From Enterococcus phage 9181, in sequence record MT939240.1: a stretch of DNA of 64,000 nt, one strand, 5' to 3'. The translations under genes were made by a program, and so were the position numbers. The notes under the pieces are model-generated. The model was not told where the DNA came from, did not search any database, and saw only the letters and a program-made list of their open reading frames with translations. This document shows, piece by piece, positions 55,417 to 64,000 of the stretch; position 1 is the first letter of the stretch, and every line of letters starts with the position of its first letter.

Positions 55417-55860
55417 ATGGCTCGTACATTTAGAATTTACAACGGCTCTGACATGCTTAAGGAAGGTGCGTCACTAAATGTTCTGGATGATCTTAAACCA
55501 GCAACTAAGTATAACCTTTTTATCAGCGTTGTAGAGGATGGTAAAGAGTCAGCTAAGGTAGCTGTTCCAGAGTTTACCACAAAAGCTGCCACCGTAGCTG
55601 TTACAGGCGTAACCATTACTCCTGAGACAGCGGAAGTAGTAGTCGGAGCAACAACAAGGCTTACTGCGATTGTAGCGCCAGTTAAAGCTTCTAACAAGAA
55701 AGTAACTTTTAGCTCTTCTGATAAGGATGTTGCTACAGTAGGTTCTGACGGAACTGTATCAGGAGTTGCTACTGGAGAAGCTACAATTACAGTAACTACC
55801 GAAGATGGGGATAAAACTGACACAGCAGTAATTATAGTGGCAGAAGCATCTGCCGAATAA
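55417..55860 (+). CDS. Big_2 Ig-like domain protein (147 aa), tail-surface decoration candidate
   Basis: VTGVTITPETAEVVVGATTRL...ATVGSDGTVSGVATGEATITVTT. Confidence 0.55.
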   Translation: MARTFRIYNGSDMLKEGASLNVLDDLKPATKYNLFISVVEDGKESAKVAVPEFTTKAATVAVTGVTITPETAEVVVGATTRLTAIVAPVKASNKKVTFSSSDKDVATVGSDGTVSGVATGEATITVTTEDGDKTDTAVIIVAEASAE

Positions 55861-55907
55861 TAACATAATGAGCCTTGCCCACAGGGGTGGGGCTTTTATT
55901 TTTAAGC

Positions 55908-55936
55908 TTGACAGTTAGCCTTTTGTGTGCTATAAT
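55908..55936 (+). promoter_or_regulatory. Consensus sigma-A promoter TTGACA-17-TGCTATAAT inside the late module
   Basis: TTGACA at 55908-55913 and TATAAT at 55931-55936. Preceded by a terminator at 55871-55905. Confidence 0.55.
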
Positions 55937-55980
55937 GGACTACGGATATGTCTAACCTGCATACATAAAGGAGACTAAAA

Positions 55981-56415
55981 ATGATTATTCAATTTCAAGG
56001 AAAAAACAGAAACTTAAAGATGACTTACTTTTCCATTCACTTACTGGAACTAGCATTTTCACAGCCATATGCAAACTTCATCATGGAACAAACTCCATTT
56101 AACCAATCTCTCTATTGCTTCTGGGCAATGATCCAAAATGACAAAGAATTTGAAGGTCTTTCAGTACCACAGATTGCCGACCTTTTGGACGAATCCTTAG
56201 AAAAGGAAGAGTTCACTCTCCAAGAATACTTTGATAAGGTAAACAAGAGCTACTCTGATAGCTTGATCGTACAACAGCTATTCAAGAAGTCGGGCTCTGA
56301 GAATCCCAGTGGACGGGGAGAGGGAAACTCCCCTACTAGAAGTAAGGTACTTCATGCAATTATGCGGAGACTTCGGAATTTCGCCAAGCGATTTTTGGAG
56401 AAGCACCCCGAATGA
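55981..56415 (+). CDS. Tail assembly chaperone (gpG-like, 144 aa)
   Basis: Position immediately before the tape-measure gene. Overlaps a downstream +1-frame ORF. Confidence 0.6.
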   Translation: MIIQFQGKNRNLKMTYFSIHLLELAFSQPYANFIMEQTPFNQSLYCFWAMIQNDKEFEGLSVPQIADLLDESLEKEEFTLQEYFDKVNKSYSDSLIVQQLFKKSGSENPSGRGEGNSPTRSKVLHAIMRRLRNFAKRFLEKHPE

Positions 56416-56671
56416 GTTTAATGGATTAATTCGTGGTAGCCTAGTCAGACAACAACGGGAAGCTCGATTGATGCTTCCGCTATACCACTCTAAGAAAGCT
56501 CTTAAAACTAAGGACATCTTGGGATGGGAATTGACTGACGAGAATGAAGGCTTTGGAACAGAGAAAGCTAAACCTGCTAATGTGTTGGATAATTTCGATT
56601 CGTTAGAGGAAAAGATAGAGTACAAGAAAGCAGAGATCAAAGACTTATTCGATTCCTTTGACGATTTCTAA
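56267..56671 (+). CDS. Tail assembly chaperone frameshift extension (gpT-like region, +1 frame), expressed as a G-T fusion
   Basis: The frame-2 ORF is open from 56267 and overlaps the 3' end of the gpG ORF (frame 1). The G frame ends CAC CCC GAA TGA. Confidence 0.45.
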   Translation, partial: SYNSYSRSRALRIPVDGERETPLLEVRYFMQLCGDFGISPSDFWRSTPNEFNGLIRGSLVRQQREARLMLPLYHSKKALKTKDILGWELTDENEGFGTEKAKPANVLDNFDSLEEKIEYKKAEIKDLFDSFDDF

Positions 56672-56687
56672 GGAGGATATATCCTAA

Positions 56688-59600
56688 ATGGCAGATAATG
56701 AAATGAGAATAAAAATCGTTGTTGACCAATCTCAGTACCAAAGCGCCATGAAGAATTTGGGAAAACAACAAGGAAGCCTTATCGACGGGTTCGGCAAAGC
56801 TGGTAAAGCTGGTGGACTCTTCGGAAGGCAAGTATCACAAGGTATGGAGCAAGCCTCTAGCTCAGCATCCAAAGGTGTGAAGGCGTGGTCAAGTTTTAAC
56901 ACTGGCTTTGGTACAGTGACTGCTGCCTTAACCCCATTCACACTAGCTATGCAAGCTGGGGGTAAAGCCATTGGTGCTGCTGGTGGGTTCATTAAGAGCT
57001 CTCTATCAGACTATGCAACCTTTGAATCAACCTTGAAACAGGTTCAGATTATCGCAGGTGGTACAGATGCCGACATGAAACTCTTGGGAGACACCGCTAA
57101 AAAACTTGGTGCCAACACCTCCATCGGTGCTCAAGAAGTAGCTAACGCCGAGGTAGAGTTTGCTAAGTTAGGTTTCACGGCTTCTGAAACGGCAGATGCC
57201 ATGACTGGTATTGTTTACGCTTCTGAGGCTTCTGGATCATCCATGGAAACAACTTCAACCATCGTAGCTTCCGCCCTAAACACATGGAACCTTAAGGCTT
57301 CTGACGCTACCCATGTAGCTGATGTGCTTGCTCAAACAGCTAACCAAACTGCTGCAGACATGACAGACTTGGGATATACTTTCCAGTATGCTGGGGCAAC
57401 GGCTCAGTTAGGTGGAGCTTCCATGGAACAGCTTGCTGCCTATACTGGTATCATGGCTGACCAAGGTATCAAAGGTTCTAAAGCTGGTACAACATTGCGT
57501 ACAGCATTTATTAATTTGACTAAACCTACAGAGGGTGCAGCGGCTAAGTTACAAGAGTTAGGAGTCAACCTTAAGGATACCGAGGGTAATGCTCGTCCTA
57601 TCCCATCGGTAATTGCTGACTTGCAAGACAAGATGCAAGGTATGTCTAAGTCTGACATCATGGATATTTCCACAATCCTGTTTGGTAAAACTGGTGCTGC
57701 TGGCATGTCAATGGTCTTGCAAAAGACTTCAAAAGAGACTGCTGACCTTACTAAATCATTAGTAGACTCTACAGGAACAGCCGAAGCTCAAGCTAAAAAG
57801 ATGCGTGAGACTTTAGCTGGTCAGTTAGACCAAATACAGGATGGCTTTGCAACCTTAAAACTTAAGATCGGTGAAGCCTTCGCTCCCCTAGCCACAGAAG
57901 GTGCTAAGGCTATCAACGGAGTCTTGGATGATCTATCTGGAAAGGTAGACCAAGCAGCAGTATCATTCAAAGGATTTACTGAATCGGCTAACTTCGGAGC
58001 AATGAAACAATCATTCGGAGAGCTCGCAGGAGCTGCTGGTGACATGTTCGACAAGATGTTGGGTAGTGGTGGTTTCAAAGCCATTGCTGACGATGTTGTA
58101 CAGTTCAGCACACAGATTGCTAACGCTGGGACAGACTTAATGGACTTTGCAAGTAAATCAGGTGGGGCGATAGACTTCTTCGATGATCTTAACCAGAAAT
58201 TAAAAGATGCTTCTAAGGCTGTGGAAGAAGCCAACCCAATTGCTCAAGGATTGAACAAGCTTTTTGGTAAAGACAAATCCAAAGAAGCTGAGAATCACGC
58301 TACGGCTGTTGGTAAGTTTGCTTTAGCGGTTCGTAACATGAATGTCAACGCCCGTGAAATTCAAGCTGACCCATTCTCTTCAATGAACATTCCTAAAGCT
58401 GAGGCTGAAATGAGACTTATCGGGACGACCATGGCTGACCTTACTGAAAAGGGTAAAAACTTTACTCTTATTGACGAGACGCAAGTGACAGCTTTCCAAG
58501 GTGCTACACAGACTATTCAAACAGACTTGAACCAACTTACAGCTAAGGTTACTGCTGAGAATGCTAAGTATGCTCAAGACCCAAGTTACAATCCTGCTGG
58601 AGCATTAGCAAAAGCTACTCAAGCGAGCCTACCTGCCGTACAAGAGGCTTTGAATACTCAAGTAGCAACCACTCAAGCAGCTAACACTAAACAATTGGAT
58701 ATACTTACTCAGTTTATGGGAGAACAAACCTTGCTTACCACTGAGCAACAAGCTAATTTATTAGCAGCTGTTCAGACGGGTAATGACCAACAGGTTGCTG
58801 AGCAACAAACCCGTAACCAAGAGATATTAACTATCTACCAAAACTTGTCTAACATGACTGTTGACGAGCGTAACAGAGGTCTTGCAAGAATCGCTGACCT
58901 TGAGAGACAAAACACTGCTCAAGTAGTTCAAGAGGCTAACATCCGCTCTGAATCAATTATACAAACCCTAGCTGCCCAAGTAGCTGCCACAGGTAGTTTG
59001 TCAGAGGAACAAAAACAAACGGCTATCACTGCTGCTAACACCCAACGTGACGAAACTGTTAAAGCTGCCCAAGACCAGTATGTACAACGTGTAGCCGCCA
59101 TTAAGAACATGACAACAGAAGAGGTTACTGCCTCTGGACACTCCCGTGATGAACTTATCCGAGCTGCTGCCGATACCATGATTGGTACAGTTGGTCACGC
59201 TGAGACAATGCGTACTGAAACGGTTGGTAAGATTGAGGACATAGCTGCTAAAGCTGCTGAAACAGACGGTACTAAGATTAACATCGACGCCCTTACACAT
59301 GGTTTCGACGACGCTGTTCAACAGATGGAACGTGTACTTTCTTATAATGGTAGGACAGTTACAATTCCTGTAATGACAACTACTGTAGCTGGTTCGGTAG
59401 ATGCTGCCAAGGCTGCTGGCGGACCTGTTCCTACAAAGGCTCGTGGGGGTTTGACAAGCGGAGTTGCTGCCACTATGGGTACAGGTCAAACCACCTTCAA
59501 TGTAGGCGCCTCTGCTGCTGGTCAAGGTACTCAACTAGGTCAAGGAGGGTTCTCAATGTCCGGTGGTGGAGTTATTACCAATGAACGTGGAAGAGAAGTT

Positions 59601-59813
59601 ACTATGCCTGTTGGGAACACCACCTACATGAGACCTTTCGCAAGAGCCATTGCTGATGAGCTTCGTGCAATGACAGGTGGAGGTGGGGCTCAAGAGATTG
59701 TAGTTCCAGTATACCTCGACTCAAGAGAGTTTGCAATAGCAACTAATAAAGACATGTCAACAGAACAAGCCAAGTACAAGGCTTTGAAGAACAGAGCCCG
59801 TGGAAAGAAATAG
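56688..59813 (+). CDS. Tail tape measure protein (1041 aa)
   Basis: Typical tape-measure N-terminal region (...GSSMETTSTIVASALN...AQTANQTAADMTDLGYTFQYAG...) and length. Confidence 0.9.
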   Translation: MADNEMRIKIVVDQSQYQSAMKNLGKQQGSLIDGFGKAGKAGGLFGRQVSQGMEQASSSASKGVKAWSSFNTGFGTVTAALTPFTLAMQAGGKAIGAAGGFIKSSLSDYATFESTLKQVQIIAGGTDADMKLLGDTAKKLGANTSIGAQEVANAEVEFAKLGFTASETADAMTGIVYASEASGSSMETTSTIVASALNTWNLKASDATHVADVLAQTANQTAADMTDLGYTFQYAGATAQLGGASMEQLAAYTGIMADQGIKGSKAGTTLRTAFINLTKPTEGAAAKLQELGVNLKDTEGNARPIPSVIADLQDKMQGMSKSDIMDISTILFGKTGAAGMSMVLQKTSKETADLTKSLVDSTGTAEAQAKKMRETLAGQLDQIQDGFATLKLKIGEAFAPLATEGAKAINGVLDDLSGKVDQAAVSFKGFTESANFGAMKQSFGELAGAAGDMFDKMLGSGGFKAIADDVVQFSTQIANAGTDLMDFASKSGGAIDFFDDLNQKLKDASKAVEEANPIAQGLNKLFGKDKSKEAENHATAVGKFALAVRNMNVNAREIQADPFSSMNIPKAEAEMRLIGTTMADLTEKGKNFTLIDETQVTAFQGATQTIQTDLNQLTAKVTAENAKYAQDPSYNPAGALAKATQASLPAVQEALNTQVATTQAANTKQLDILTQFMGEQTLLTTEQQANLLAAVQTGNDQQVAEQQTRNQEILTIYQNLSNMTVDERNRGLARIADLERQNTAQVVQEANIRSESIIQTLAAQVAATGSLSEEQKQTAITAANTQRDETVKAAQDQYVQRVAAIKNMTTEEVTASGHSRDELIRAAADTMIGTVGHAETMRTETVGKIEDIAAKAAETDGTKINIDALTHGFDDAVQQMERVLSYNGRTVTIPVMTTTVAGSVDAAKAAGGPVPTKARGGLTSGVAATMGTGQTTFNVGASAAGQGTQLGQGGFSMSGGGVITNERGREVTMPVGNTTYMRPFARAIADELRAMTGGGGAQEIVVPVYLDSREFAIATNKDMSTEQAKYKALKNRARGKK

Positions 59814-59827
59814 GAGGAAATTAAATT

Positions 59828-62800
59828 ATGCCTTGTGTATATAAACCTAACTACGTGCCCTATGACTTCATGAACCTCTCCCCTGCATATCAGTGGGGGA
59901 TTGGTCGTGTGGCTGGGTACACTCACTTTGACCAAGCAGAGTTCCAAACTATTGAAGGGGAGTCTCATGTCACTTGGGATATCAACTTTAAGAATAAGAT
60001 TGCCAGAGACCTCACTTCTAACCCTCATCGCTTAATTGCTGAGAACAAGAACCACGTCTTCCATAATAACATCTTACGAGGCTCTCGATTCCTTTCCAAT
60101 CCAGTATTACTTTTCAACGGTGCTAAGTATGTTGAAACAGCCCAAGATAATAACTCTGCGGTCGCTATGTCTGAACAGACTGACCAAGGTCTGATGTTTT
60201 ACTGGGATGACTTTATAGGAGACTATGGTGTCATGAAAAAAGGAGACACCGTGACTATCTCAGTAGATATTCGTACCAACAACAAAGATGTTGACTTGGT
60301 GGAAGCAGTTCGCTTGAAAGCTACTCCTAACTTCGAGCCATATTCTAAAATCACTACACAGGAAGTTAACGACGGGTTTACTAGAATTGTCTTCCAAACT
60401 AAGGTACTGAATACTGAATGGCTTCCTGAGGATGGTTGGGAAACAATCTGGGGTGTACAGAACCCTGAGACCTCTTCCAAGTACACTGGTCGTGAGTGGA
60501 ACAAAGATCGTTTGATTGGGATTGTACAAAACATTCCTAACGTTCAATTGGAATACACTCGACCAATGGTTAGTTTGGAAGGTTCTACAACATATCAAGA
60601 AGCTGCTATGGATCAGATTACAAAGAATGTGTTTAGTTGGAATGGAATGCAAAAAAAACATATCCTTCAAGATAATGGATTGTTCGCCACTTCTAAATAT
60701 GATTATGAATATGCCAATCCAAACTTCTTATCAGTACCCCAAGGATCACAGTGGCAAGGTGTTGCATCACTTGTATTCATGAAGTTCACTAAGAAAGCTT
60801 ATCAAGTAAAACCGGAAGATGAGACTCTTAATGTATATGGTAAGTTAGTGTGGTACTCAGATAAAACTGAGACCTCTAAAATAGCTACTAACGTATTTAC
60901 GAAAGAAGATGGTAAGTACGGAGGGGAACTATCTATCCTACCTATACCAGAAGGTGCTAAATACTATAGGCTTCACGTAACGGCGCACTCACAGCAATCG
61001 GTAGAGTTCCGAATGGGATTTACTGATATCTCTTATGTAAACAACTCATCCCAATCAGCAGAGCTTACTCAAGCTATGTATGATGGCGTAGCTGAAATGT
61101 TGGATGGTAAAGTCGCTAGAGTATATGCTGACAACTACATTGAGCGTGTTAAGATAGATTATAAAATTGACTTGTTAGCAGAAATGAGACGAGCATTTCC
61201 TAAGATTTTCGAAGGTCTATCTATTGAAGAGTCTGTAGAAAGAATTAGAACTATTGCTTACTTGATGGACTTAACGGCTACTGCTCGTGGTGGTGATGAT
61301 GACAATATTATCCACTGGCACATGAAGAGTAGGGAGGGCATTGCTGGAGAAATCCATGGTTTCGGCAAAGAGGAACTTACAACATATACACATCGAAGTA
61401 CTTGGCAAGATTGGATTCAGGATGATGGTACTCTTTGGGGTTACTTCTATACTGACTCGCCAAGACCTAACAATGGTACTCAAGCTTGGATTGAGTTAGA
61501 TTACTTTAACATCCGCATGACAATCGTGGCTAAGAATACTGAGATTGATGCTTGGGGATTCCGCTCTGACGACTCCCGTTACGACAAGACTTCGGTAGAC
61601 ATTCCGATGATGCGTACTGAGGAGAATATGCAAAACTCTTCTGTACAGGTTACCCATGGTTATGACATCTACGGTATCGTAAATGCTAAGTACCCAGAGT
61701 TCTTTGGAGATTGCTACACCTATGAAGACTGTATCAACAAGCTTAACGAACGGATTGAATCATTCACATTCGAAGTGTCTTCTACAATCCCTGACCCAGA
61801 CGTAGGTGGAGCAGGCTATGTAAACTTCGTGGTAGAAGCTACGGAGCACATCAGAGACACTACTACTAAGCTAGATAAGAACACCTCTGACTTCATAATC
61901 GTACACAACGGATTGAACAAGTTTGTCCAAGAGAATGGTTATGTGTACTTAGGTGGGGAACGCCCTCCAGAAGACCGTAACACTGAGTTGGGTATTACTT
62001 CTAATGTAACCTTCCAATTGAAGTTTGATAAGAACTATGACAACAACAAGCGAATATTCCGTTACAACAAGAAAAAACAACCGTGGTTCCTTTTTGTAAG
62101 GGATATCCAACGCTCAGTACTTCCTCCCAAAGTTAACAACCTAGTTGACATGAACAGAGGTCGTAACCGATACTCATATGGTCAGACAGAGGAAGCTCGT
62201 TCAATAACACTTCAATGTTTTATTAAAGCTCCTTCTGAGCAAGACTTGGCTCCATTATTAGAGGAGTTAGCCGACTATTTAGACGTTGGAGAAACTACCC
62301 TACAACTGTATGACAACCCAGAACGTGTTTATAAAGTAGTCCTTGATGGATCGACGGACATTTCACAGACACTCCATATGGGAGAGTTGTCATTAAACTT
62401 TATTTTATTGGACAATTATGCGGTTGGTAAGGAAGTTGTAGTTAGAGAGAGCTTTGGCTCAAGCACTTCTGTGCCATTCTTACAGTTACAAAATGAAGGT
62501 ACTGCACCGACTTACCCAACATACCTACTAGATTTCAAAGAGGACGCCCAATTTGTCGACTTGATTGGTCAGAACGAGTCAGCTAACATTTCCGTTGGTA
62601 GACGTAGTAAGGCTAGTTCGGGAAGCACTAACAAGAATATGCGACCACAGGTATTCTACTCCAAGTTTACCGATAATGATGGGTCTGGGTGGATTGCTCT
62701 TAACGATACCTTGATATCTCAAAAGATAGAAGGTAAGAAACCCACTCTACAAGGTTCTGTGCAACGTTCTAATGGAATGATTAACATGAACCGATGGGAT

Positions 62801-63598
62801 TACGGCGACGCTAAAGATGGTTGGCACGGACATGGTGTTATTGGAACTCTTAAGAAGAATGTCAATAACTTTGTATGTGAGGCTTCGGCAACAATCCTTG
62901 GAAAACCTCTTAAGGAATCACTAAACGGATTCTTCCTTATCTTCTATGATGCAGTTAACAAACCTATTGCACGAGTTAAGTTAAGTACTCGTACAGCTGA
63001 TGGTCACTTAGACTCATATATTGTAGATGACGAAGAGGCAGATTCATGGGGTAACCATAACTTGGTTATCAGCCAAGGTGCCACGACTAAATGGGATAAT
63101 TTTCAAGGTAAGGTTATTGTAGAGCGTAAGAATAACCAATGGAGACTTACAGTAGGTCAGATGAAAGACCGTCGCTGGTCACCAGCTCCAGAGTCCAGTT
63201 TCAATATGGGAACAGCCATGTTGAAAGATGTTAAGACTACCGGTTGGAGAACTCTTGACTCAGCTACTTGGGACAGAGAAGTTGCTAGGGTTGGGATATT
63301 CCTAGCACAACGTCAACAACGTCCTAAGATAGGTCACGTATCACTACGACGCCTAATCGTGTGGGAAGATTTGACAGAAGATGCTACAACACCTGATGAA
63401 GACCCTATTATGATTAACGCTGGCGACCAAGTGGCTATTGACTCTGAGAAAGGTCAAGTGTATTTGAACGGCGTGGTAACTCCTAAGTTAGTAGACCCTA
63501 TGACAGACTGGTTCTCAATTGAGAAAGGCGAGAACTTAGTAGGTGTCAACAACTTCATTGGAGATTTGACAGTAGTATATAATGAACGATTTAAATAG
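59828..63598 (+). CDS. Large tail-tip protein (1256 aa) between tape measure and Tal. Distal tail protein (Dit)-like by position, with large insertions.
   Basis: Strong RBS TAGGAGG. Gene order is tape measure, this gene, Tal. The sequence is not recognised by eye. Confidence 0.45.
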   Translation: MPCVYKPNYVPYDFMNLSPAYQWGIGRVAGYTHFDQAEFQTIEGESHVTWDINFKNKIARDLTSNPHRLIAENKNHVFHNNILRGSRFLSNPVLLFNGAKYVETAQDNNSAVAMSEQTDQGLMFYWDDFIGDYGVMKKGDTVTISVDIRTNNKDVDLVEAVRLKATPNFEPYSKITTQEVNDGFTRIVFQTKVLNTEWLPEDGWETIWGVQNPETSSKYTGREWNKDRLIGIVQNIPNVQLEYTRPMVSLEGSTTYQEAAMDQITKNVFSWNGMQKKHILQDNGLFATSKYDYEYANPNFLSVPQGSQWQGVASLVFMKFTKKAYQVKPEDETLNVYGKLVWYSDKTETSKIATNVFTKEDGKYGGELSILPIPEGAKYYRLHVTAHSQQSVEFRMGFTDISYVNNSSQSAELTQAMYDGVAEMLDGKVARVYADNYIERVKIDYKIDLLAEMRRAFPKIFEGLSIEESVERIRTIAYLMDLTATARGGDDDNIIHWHMKSREGIAGEIHGFGKEELTTYTHRSTWQDWIQDDGTLWGYFYTDSPRPNNGTQAWIELDYFNIRMTIVAKNTEIDAWGFRSDDSRYDKTSVDIPMMRTEENMQNSSVQVTHGYDIYGIVNAKYPEFFGDCYTYEDCINKLNERIESFTFEVSSTIPDPDVGGAGYVNFVVEATEHIRDTTTKLDKNTSDFIIVHNGLNKFVQENGYVYLGGERPPEDRNTELGITSNVTFQLKFDKNYDNNKRIFRYNKKKQPWFLFVRDIQRSVLPPKVNNLVDMNRGRNRYSYGQTEEARSITLQCFIKAPSEQDLAPLLEELADYLDVGETTLQLYDNPERVYKVVLDGSTDISQTLHMGELSLNFILLDNYAVGKEVVVRESFGSSTSVPFLQLQNEGTAPTYPTYLLDFKEDAQFVDLIGQNESANISVGRRSKASSGSTNKNMRPQVFYSKFTDNDGSGWIALNDTLISQKIEGKKPTLQGSVQRSNGMINMNRWDYGDAKDGWHGHGVIGTLKKNVNNFVCEASATILGKPLKESLNGFFLIFYDAVNKPIARVKLSTRTADGHLDSYIVDDEEADSWGNHNLVISQGATTKWDNFQGKVIVERKNNQWRLTVGQMKDRRWSPAPESSFNMGTAMLKDVKTTGWRTLDSATWDREVARVGIFLAQRQQRPKIGHVSLRRLIVWEDLTEDATTPDEDPIMINAGDQVAIDSEKGQVYLNGVVTPKLVDPMTDWFSIEKGENLVGVNNFIGDLTVVYNERFK

Positions 63599-63609
63599 GA
63601 GGAAGATAC

Positions 63610-64000
63610 ATGATTACAATTAGAGGCATTAACGGAGACATCTTAACACACTTCGATAACAATGTCCCTGAGGGTAACCCGTACTTCGAACCAGTGATGA
63701 CAGATGACATGGAGAGCTTGGTTTCAAGCTTCTCCTTCTCTGTTCCTCTGGAATTAGCGGATACGGAGCACCTAGTAGGGCTTAACCAAGTTTTAGTCAA
63801 AGACCGCCAAGAAGACTTGAGACTGTTTGTTATTACAGATGTACACGAAGTATGGACAACTGTTGGGGGGACTTTGCAAGTAACTTGTGAAGATATCTCT
63901 ATTAATGAAATGAACAACATTATTGTGAGTCCTTTTGAAAGTCTTAACTTCCAAGATACTCTTACTAAAACTTTTAAGAATTCTGGATGGGCTCTTAAAT
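63610..64000 (+). CDS. Tail-associated lysin / baseplate hub (Tal) N-terminal region. 3' end beyond the window.
   Basis: N-terminal MITIRGINGDILTHFDNNVPEGNPYFEPVMTDDMESLVSSFSFSVP resembles the conserved phage minor structural protein N-terminal (Tal) region. RBS TAGGAGG. Confidence 0.5.
   Translation, partial: MITIRGINGDILTHFDNNVPEGNPYFEPVMTDDMESLVSSFSFSVPLELADTEHLVGLNQVLVKDRQEDLRLFVITDVHEVWTTVGGTLQVTCEDISINEMNNIIVSPFESLNFQDTLTKTFKNSGWALK

Overview
This window is a 64 kb stretch of a large, apparently virulent siphovirus-type phage genome. GC is about 39%, ribosome-binding sites are Gram-positive AGGAGG type, and promoters are TTGACA/TATAAT sigma-A type. No integrase or classical repressor/Cro switch is present.

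Layout:
- 1-959: the 3' end of a LytA-like amidase endolysin, which suggests a streptococcal-type host (inference).
- 1.0-28.5 kb (+ strand): an early/replication arm. It carries many small ORFs, a putative SSB-like protein, a promoter-to-terminator non-coding unit with tRNA-Trp and tRNA-Arg, a TOPRIM primase, an Rnl2-family RNA ligase, four HNH/NUMOD4 homing-endonuclease-type genes, an NrdH-like redoxin, a DnaC-like loader, a DnaB-like helicase, family-A DNA polymerase, a PD-(D/E)XK nuclease, a RuvC-like resolvase, a dNMP kinase, a phage sigma factor, a deoxynucleoside kinase and a PnuC-family transporter.
- 28.5-33.1 kb: a lower-GC accessory island flanked by tandem repeats. Its small unknown genes reuse a triplicated leader/start cassette.
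- 33.1-34.4 kb: a 1.3 kb non-coding block that is compositionally odd and rich in repeats.
- 34.4-46.3 kb (- strand): a block of small genes, including three DUF1642-like paralogs, an XRE regulator, and a dUTPase with a long C-terminal extension.
- 46.4-64.0 kb (+ strand): the morphogenesis module. It runs TerS, TerL, portal, minor head protein, scaffold, major capsid, Big_2 Ig-like proteins, connectors, major tail, a chaperone with a +1 frameshift, tape measure, a 1256-aa distal-tail-like protein, and the start of Tal.

Most notable:
- a dNK-plus-PnuC-family nucleoside salvage module;
- two CCC/stop-associated +1 frameshift candidates;
- an 82-aa hyperacidic candidate DNA mimic;
- terminator hairpins with embedded TTGACA promoters carrying a conserved CTAATGCTTGACA motif;
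- candidate origin/iteron regions;
- the low-GC cassette island.

All functional calls rest on motif recognition by eye. No database searches were possible.
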